This document shows positions 25,940-32,000 of a stretch of DNA of 32,000 nucleotides, piece by piece. The DNA is from an uncultured archaeon. Lineage in GTDB: Archaea > Asgardarchaeota > Jordiarchaeia > Jordiarchaeales > Jordiarchaeaceae. Numbering within the stretch: the first letter of the stretch is position 1; every line of letters begins with the position of its first letter. The stretch covers positions 4,185-36,184 of the forward strand of contig CAZECW010000090.1 in the NCBI GenBank assembly GCA_964510585.1, in the 5' to 3' direction. The notes under the pieces were generated by a model that saw only the letters and a program-made list of their open reading frames with translations, searched no databases and was not told the origin of the DNA. Both the position numbers and the translations under genes were made by a program.

Positions 25940-27991
25940 TTAGAGAATTGTGCTGATTGTGTCTGCGAGGTTTTCTTTTTCGCTTTGAATTATGTTTTCA
26001 ATGGTGTTTGCGGTTACTTCTTCTATTTTGTAGTATGCGCCTTGAGCGTTTTCGGCAATTATTTTCATGTAGCCCACGCTTGGTGCAAAAATGTTGGGAA
26101 CTTTTTCGGTGTCTATTGATATGAGGTGTATTCCTTTGTCGTAGAAGAGTTTGGAAAGGGCTTTGAGCTCCTTTTCAATGTTGGCGCCGGGGCTGAGTGG
26201 CACGTTGGCGTGGCCGTCTGAGATGACCACAACTATTGGCACCGTAGAGCCGATTTTCAGTTTCTGGTTTTCAATAACTCTCAATGCTTTGTAGAGCCCG
26301 GCGGCCAGTGGTGTTTTTCCAGTTGAGGACAGGTCTCTTAGGTACTTTTTTCCAAGGATGAGGTGCTTTGTGGGTGGGACTAGAACTTCTGCCTGTGTGG
26401 ACTTTAATATTATTATTCCCACGTAATCTCTTTTAGGATATGATGCTGTTAGGATGGAGTAGGCTGCGCCCTTGGCTGCCTCGATTCTCTCATGAATGTT
26501 CATGGAGCTACTGGAGTCCACAACCAGTACTATGAGGAAGGAGATTTTGGTTTTTCTCATTTTGAATCTTAGGTCTTGGTGGTCTACTTGAAAAGATTCT
26601 TGGCCCCCGTTGTTGTTTTGGGAGAGTCTTAGAGCCGCGGCTTTTAGTGTGGCGTCAAAGGCTACGTCATGAAACTGGTTTTGGAACAGGCGGGGTTTTA
26701 TGTAACGTCCCTTCGATGTTTCTGATGTGACTGGAAACCTCTTTCCGTAGCCTCTGGCAGCCCTCCTAAGGTGTGTAGCTATGTTCAGCATTTTGGTTAT
26801 GTTAATTGGCCTTCCAATTTCACCAATCTTATTTTTGGGAGCTTTGCCCGCAACTCCAACTAGGTCTTGGATGCTGCTTTGGGTGCTCCTCTTCTCTGTT
26901 TCTGTTTCTTTTTTTGTTTGTTTTTTCTGGGTGCTGGGTGGATTGGAATTTTCCTGCAGGTTTTGAAGGGCCTGTTCGAGTTCCTTTTCTTTAGATTCGA
27001 TTTCTTCGAAGGGCAGTCTTCTAAGCCTGTGGGGAAGAGCCAGCTTCGCGGCTTTTGTTATGTCCTCCATAGTAACTTCTGTCCTTCCTTCAAAGGCTGC
27101 CAAGGCTTTAGCAGTGCCCACAATTACAATGTCTGCTCTATGGGTATGGACATTCAAATCCAAGCACAACTTGGAAACAATGTCCAGAAGGTGATCACTG
27201 ATTTCCACTCTGTTTAAAAGTTCTCGGGCTCTGATAATTTTTTCCCGCAATTCTCTCTGCAGTGAACTGTATTTTTCCTGGAAGGCCTTGGGGTCTTTTT
27301 CAAACTCCTCTCTTCTTCTAACTATCTCCTTTCTCTGTTCTACATCCTTTAGGGCCTCTATTTGTACACATAATCCGAATCTGTCAGATATTTGAGGTCT
27401 TAGTTCTCCCTCTTCGGGATTCATGGTTCCTATAAGAATGAACTTTGAGGGGTGAGCAACAGAAACTCCTTCCCGTTCCACAATATTTAGACCCATAGCC
27501 GCAGAGTCCAAGAGCACATCTACCAGGTGATCCTCTAATAGGTTCACCTCGTCCACATATAGTATCCCCCGGTTTGCCTCCGCGAGGAGCCCCGGCTCTA
27601 GGCGGGCCCGCCCCTCTTTTAAGGCTGTCTCAACATTTAAGGAGCCAACCACCCTATCCTCGGTGGCGCTCAGCGGTAAGTCCACTACCTTCATTTTTCT
27701 TCTTTCCACTGGAAGTTCTTCTCCCCGCTCATACTTGTGCAAGCACTCGTCACACATTTCTGAAGTGTCTCTTGGATTACAGTTAAAGGGACATCCCTTT
27801 ACAAACTCTATTTCCGGCAACAAATCGGCGAGTGCTCGGGCAGCTGTTGATTTCCCAGTGCCTCTCTCTCCACGGAGGAGAACGCCGCCGATGGACGGCT
27901 TTATGGCCACAGAAATAAGAGCTGCTTTAAGGTTTTCCTGACCCACTATGGCCGTAAAGGGGTAGAACCATTTTCTTAAATGTCTTGTCAT
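25940..27991 (-). CDS. Fused ChlI/ChlD-type chelatase ATPase (AAA+ plus vWA)
   Basis: [56 protein letters not shown], linker, vWA MIDAS DSSSSM, GKTPLA and ISDG motifs. Confidence 0.92.
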   Translation of the reverse strand: MTRHLRKWFYPFTAIVGQENLKAALISVAIKPSIGGVLLRGERGTGKSTAARALADLLPEIEFVKGCPFNCNPRDTSEMCDECLHKYERGEELPVERRKMKVVDLPLSATEDRVVGSLNVETALKEGRARLEPGLLAEANRGILYVDEVNLLEDHLVDVLLDSAAMGLNIVEREGVSVAHPSKFILIGTMNPEEGELRPQISDRFGLCVQIEALKDVEQRKEIVRRREEFEKDPKAFQEKYSSLQRELREKIIRARELLNRVEISDHLLDIVSKLCLDLNVHTHRADIVIVGTAKALAAFEGRTEVTMEDITKAAKLALPHRLRRLPFEEIESKEKELEQALQNLQENSNPPSTQKKQTKKETETEKRSTQSSIQDLVGVAGKAPKNKIGEIGRPINITKMLNIATHLRRAARGYGKRFPVTSETSKGRYIKPRLFQNQFHDVAFDATLKAAALRLSQNNNGGQESFQVDHQDLRFKMRKTKISFLIVLVVDSSSSMNIHERIEAAKGAAYSILTASYPKRDYVGIIILKSTQAEVLVPPTKHLILGKKYLRDLSSTGKTPLAAGLYKALRVIENQKLKIGSTVPIVVVISDGHANVPLSPGANIEKELKALSKLFYDKGIHLISIDTEKVPNIFAPSVGYMKIIAENAQGAYYKIEEVTANTIENIIQSEKENLADTISTIL

Positions 27992-28005
27992 TTTTTTATC
28001 CTTCC

Positions 28006-31000
28006 TTATTCTTCTAATTCTCCTTCTACTTCTAGGTATAATTGGCGGAGTTTATCTAGTTCGTCTTGGGTGGCTTGCCAGTATCCCCGTTGGTTTGCTT
28101 CTAGGAGTCTTCCCATCATTTCATGTAGTGCCCACTTATTATTCTCCTGCAATCTTTTTCTCATTTCCTCATTGAAAATGTAGTCTTCAGCCACTTTGTT
28201 CCAAATCCAGTTTTCCACTTTATTGGTTGTGGCTGCGAAGCCTAAAAGGTACTCTACGCGCTCTGCGATTTTTTTGCCTCCGTGATACTGATGTTTCAGC
28301 ATGCCGTCTATCCACTTGGGGTTTAACAGTCGGGTTCTCACACCTCTCTGGATGGCTTTATCCACGGTTTCTGTTTTTATTTGTTCTCTTGTGGTGTCTG
28401 AAATTAGCATCTCTGGTTTTTCGCCTCTTATGTCTTCAACTGCCTTTGAGAGTCCTCCAAAAAACTCATAGTAGTGGTCTAGGTCTGTGACTTCGTACTC
28501 GTGTGTGTCTCGAACTTGGGAAACTAGCTTCACGTTTGACAGGCTTTTCCGATAAATTTTGTCCGTCTGTTCACCGTGAATGTTTTCTGCATAGACATTA
28601 TTCATACTTGCGATGTATGCTTCAGCTACTTGGCTCTCAGACTCCCAGTTGGACGTTTCAATCAATCTGGTTAGTCGGGTTCCATACTCACCTGATCTGG
28701 GGCCAAAAATGCGTGCATTTGAGAGCCTTTTCACCAATTTTTCGTCCGAGAACTCTTTGATTAAGTCTCTGAAAAGCTCGCTGGAGTGTTTTTTAACATA
28801 GTTTTCACTCTCTTTTTCATTCACTGAGGCAACCATATTGAAAGCTTCGTCTAGTAGCTTCATAGTTTCTGGGAACAAGTCGCGAAAGAAGCCGCAAATG
28901 TTGACTACTACATCTACTCTTGGTCTTCCAAGCTCCTCAACAGGTATTAGTTTCAATTTCGGGAACCAGATACTCTTCTCTCTTACCACTTTGACGCCGA
29001 GATATCCCAGTATTTGTCCTACTGTTTCTCCTCTTGTCTTTACTGTTTCGAAACCCCAGAGTACAACCGCCACGCTTTCCGGATATTCTCCATATTTTTC
29101 ATAGTAGTGTTTCAAGGTCTTCTCCGCTATTTCAACGCCCCTCTGATATGCGGCATCGCTGGGTATGAGGCGGGGGTCAAACTGGTAAGTATTTCTTCCT
29201 GCTGGAAGAACTTCAGGAGTGCGGATGGGGTCGCCTCCCAGACTAGGAAGGACATATTTGCCATTTAACGCTTCAATGAGGCTGTTGATTTCGTCGCTTT
29301 TCTCTAGGTTGGAGGCTACTTGGAGACCGAAGGTAAGCGTCTTGTTAAGTTCCTTAGCCAGATTTCTGTTTACTTCGGAGGACTTTACTGCTTCCTCTAA
29401 AGAATTCAGTGAGAGCTGGATAACTTTTTTTGCTTTTTCTTCTATTTCAAATAGAATTCGACCGTAGCTTCTTCCGTTACAATTTTCGTTGGGGTGACTA
29501 ATAGCGTAATCATAATCTATTTCCATAGATTCACAGAGAATTCTATTTATTGATTTGATTTCTCCCCTATCATATCTCAAGATGAATGCAATAAACTCTA
29601 CCAATTCATTATCTTGATATTTTTCTCCGAGTACGTGGAGTCCCTTTGGAATTATTGATCTTTTCATTGCAAAAAGCTCATCATAAATCTCATCCACGGA
29701 TGTGGCGCTAATATTTGTCTCCTTTGCTTTTTCCAAGATTTGCGATTGAACCATTCTTGCCCGAATTGGGTCTTGGAGAACCGCTTCATAATACTCATTT
29801 ATGAGTTCTTCAAGTTCAGTGAAGTTTTCATAGAGTCCAGACTGGGTATATGGAGGAGACATGTGGTTAACCAGTGTAGCGTAGCTGCGTCTCTTGGCTA
29901 TCATAGCTTCTGAAGGATTAGTTATGTGGTAAACGTATAGATGAGGAATATTTCCAATCAGAAGGTCGGGGCAACACTCACTAGACATTCCCACTTCTTT
30001 TCCCTTCATAAATTCTAGGGTTCCATGTGTGCCTAAATGTATAATTGCATTTGCCTCGAATTCCTTCTCCAGCCACTTGTAGAATGCAATGTATTGATGA
30101 TGTGGGGGCATATTTTTATCATGATATGCTTTTTCGGGATTCTCATGAACACCACGGCTTGGTTGAAGCCCCACAAAAACATTTCCCAGCTTAATTCCGG
30201 GTATTAGCAGATTACCTTTATAACTCATAACACTTCCTGGTGGTTCCCCCCACTCTTGGACAACTTCCTTTCTTATATCCTCGCTTAGCTCTTTGAACCA
30301 TTCTTGATATTTTTCGCCGGTAACAATTATTGCGTTCTGAAAAGTGAGTTCCTTTGGACTCCACCTCCCAGAGTTAACTAACCCTTGGCTTAAGAACCCC
30401 TTAACTTCTACCTTTTCCAAGTTGTCCACGTTATACCCTTCCGCCTTCAATCTCTCAAGTACTTTTTCCAAGCTTTTGAAAACATCTAGATAAGCAGCGT
30501 TGCCTATGCTGTCTTCTCCAGGCGGATAATTATAAACAATGATGGCAATCTTCTTTTCAGAATTCTTCTTTCTCCTCAAATCCAGCCATTTAAGAACCCT
30601 ACTTGCAATTCTATCTATACGGTCATCAATTGCAACAGTTGATTTAACATCGGCTCTAAGAGTATCACTATAATCCAAGTTTTTGAGTCCAAGGGAGGGT
30701 ATGGGCTCTATGAGTCCATCAAGCTCTGGAAGTGTAACTGCTGCGATTACTTCCACCGGAGAGAAACCCTGAGTGGATTGTCTCCACTTTTCCACTTCTT
30801 GCATATACATAGGAGCAGCATCAAAAAAGGGAATATTCAATTTTTTCAACAAATCTAACGTTTGCTGCGGTGCTCCCCCCAACGGCCCTCCATTAATACG
30901 GAACCAGACAAAACTAACAGCAGCGTCAACAATTGGTTTTCCATTCATGAAAAAGTAATTCTGGAGAGCCTTCAAATTGTCTATTCCATCTGAAAACACT

Positions 31001-31779
31001 GGAATCACATTAACTATGGGTTCCAATCTTTTAATCAGCGCACTGGCGCCTGCAACCGAAGACTCAAAATGCATACCCCCATAGAATAAAACTCCCACCG
31101 TAGGCTTACTTGGATCGAATTTCTCCTTAAGATAGTCCTCCAAACTAGTATAGAAACGGTCTAGTCCCGGATGATAAATTCCAGTATCTGGAAACTCTGT
31201 TGGTGGCTCGGGCTCCACTTTTTGTCCGCCATACTCCTTGGCAACGAATAAAAGCAGGTTCTTCACATTCCTCTTTCCACTATACTTCCAGTAGTTCATC
31301 ACTCGGATCCAATTTTTAGCATGCTTTAAACTACCAAAGGGCAGAACTGTTCCCATTTTTTCAATCATGTTCTGAATACTTTGGATTTTTTTCCAGTCCA
31401 CGTATTCTTTGGAGGTGGATTTTTGTCTTGCAAACATTTTGGCTGGGGAGAAGGAACCCATTCGTGTAAGAGACATAACATCAGTGCTTCCACCCACGAG
31501 AGTAATCACAGTATTTTTCTCACCCGATAAAGCTTCTATAGCCAGATCAAATGCTCTACTTCTCCCTCTTAGGTCCAGAAGCACAATGTCTGATGTTCTT
31601 AGATCCTCCTTCAAAGCATTCTCATCGACCAATTCTTCACCGACTTCGTGAACATAGTAAAGTCGGGGTTCTATTATTTTGCCATATTCCTCCCTAATTT
31701 CTTTAAGAGCTTCCGCAAAAGATTTGGAAGCTGAAACATTGGCTAGAATTGTAATTTTGGTTGGCATAAATCCATCCAT
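28006..31779 (-). CDS. cobN: CobN/magnesium chelatase H-subunit family protein
   Basis: [74 protein letters not shown] and [12 protein letters not shown] motifs; 14 nt upstream of the ChlI/D gene. The alternative start is ATG 31767. The metal specificity is not determinable from sequence. Confidence 0.88.
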   Translation of the reverse strand: MDGFMPTKITILANVSASKSFAEALKEIREEYGKIIEPRLYYVHEVGEELVDENALKEDLRTSDIVLLDLRGRSRAFDLAIEALSGEKNTVITLVGGSTDVMSLTRMGSFSPAKMFARQKSTSKEYVDWKKIQSIQNMIEKMGTVLPFGSLKHAKNWIRVMNYWKYSGKRNVKNLLLFVAKEYGGQKVEPEPPTEFPDTGIYHPGLDRFYTSLEDYLKEKFDPSKPTVGVLFYGGMHFESSVAGASALIKRLEPIVNVIPVFSDGIDNLKALQNYFFMNGKPIVDAAVSFVWFRINGGPLGGAPQQTLDLLKKLNIPFFDAAPMYMQEVEKWRQSTQGFSPVEVIAAVTLPELDGLIEPIPSLGLKNLDYSDTLRADVKSTVAIDDRIDRIASRVLKWLDLRRKKNSEKKIAIIVYNYPPGEDSIGNAAYLDVFKSLEKVLERLKAEGYNVDNLEKVEVKGFLSQGLVNSGRWSPKELTFQNAIIVTGEKYQEWFKELSEDIRKEVVQEWGEPPGSVMSYKGNLLIPGIKLGNVFVGLQPSRGVHENPEKAYHDKNMPPHHQYIAFYKWLEKEFEANAIIHLGTHGTLEFMKGKEVGMSSECCPDLLIGNIPHLYVYHITNPSEAMIAKRRSYATLVNHMSPPYTQSGLYENFTELEELINEYYEAVLQDPIRARMVQSQILEKAKETNISATSVDEIYDELFAMKRSIIPKGLHVLGEKYQDNELVEFIAFILRYDRGEIKSINRILCESMEIDYDYAISHPNENCNGRSYGRILFEIEEKAKKVIQLSLNSLEEAVKSSEVNRNLAKELNKTLTFGLQVASNLEKSDEINSLIEALNGKYVLPSLGGDPIRTPEVLPAGRNTYQFDPRLIPSDAAYQRGVEIAEKTLKHYYEKYGEYPESVAVVLWGFETVKTRGETVGQILGYLGVKVVREKSIWFPKLKLIPVEELGRPRVDVVVNICGFFRDLFPETMKLLDEAFNMVASVNEKESENYVKKHSSELFRDLIKEFSDEKLVKRLSNARIFGPRSGEYGTRLTRLIETSNWESESQVAEAYIASMNNVYAENIHGEQTDKIYRKSLSNVKLVSQVRDTHEYEVTDLDHYYEFFGGLSKAVEDIRGEKPEMLISDTTREQIKTETVDKAIQRGVRTRLLNPKWIDGMLKHQYHGGKKIAERVEYLLGFAATTNKVENWIWNKVAEDYIFNEEMRKRLQENNKWALHEMMGRLLEANQRGYWQATQDELDKLRQLYLEVEGELEE

Positions 31780-32000
31780 CTTAGTAATACTTTTTTAAAA
31801 AAAAGTAATATTAACATCTTTTTAAGCTTTATCCCTAAATGCTGTGTTGTATAATTTTACTTTTTCTAATGAATTTATTTAATTTTCTTAAATTTTTTCA
31901 AATTAACAATGTGAAATTGCAAAAAATTCAAAATAATATATAAATAAATTAAAAAAATAAGAATTATGCAACACAGCATCCCTAAACTGTTCACCGAAAA

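Noticed and set aside
31788-31807. Palindrome TACTTTTTT-AA-AAAAAAGTA upstream of cobN (and AAAATATATTTT at 6953-6964)
   Set aside because: Low-complexity A/T runs expected by chance in AT-rich promoters.
1-32000. tRNA, rRNA, CRISPR array, transposase or integrase genes
   Set aside because: No T-loop/cloverleaf signature, regularly spaced repeats or DDE/tyrosine-recombinase motifs were recognised by eye. A tRNAscan/Infernal run would be needed to exclude small RNAs.

Overview
Gene-dense, roughly 40% GC archaeal window. It is most likely from an Asgard archaeon (inference: stand-alone longin-fold protein, V4R-like and SCP2 proteins, FwdG/FwdB, DUF2070, GGTGA/GGAGG ribosome-binding sites, oligo-T terminators). 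It carries anaerobic catabolic modules: a D-lyxose/mannose isomerase-like cupin plus GH38 alpha-mannosidase; an MtaA-type methyltransferase, two corrinoid proteins and a Thr-nucleophile sulfatase-like enzyme; acyl-CoA dehydrogenase plus ferredoxin; an orphan fwdG-fwdB pair; a 2-hydroxyacyl-CoA dehydratase with its activator; a class III aminotransferase, FGGY kinase and RuBisCO-like protein (form IV); SCP2 plus DUF2070; and a CobN plus fused ChlI/ChlD chelatase pair. The most notable observations are: (1) a sharp A/C-to-G/T strand-skew inversion near 21.6 kb that flips synonymous codon usage inside one gene regardless of gene orientation, repeated more weakly across the window; (2) a 181-bp MITE-like element with terminal inverted repeats and an exact 6-bp flanking duplication; (3) several enzymes with altered catalytic residues (RLP, FwdB lacking the conserved Arg, Thr-type sulfatase); (4) a frameshift in the first gene. 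No rRNA, tRNA, CRISPR array or transposase was recognised. All family calls come from motif recognition by eye, with no database search.
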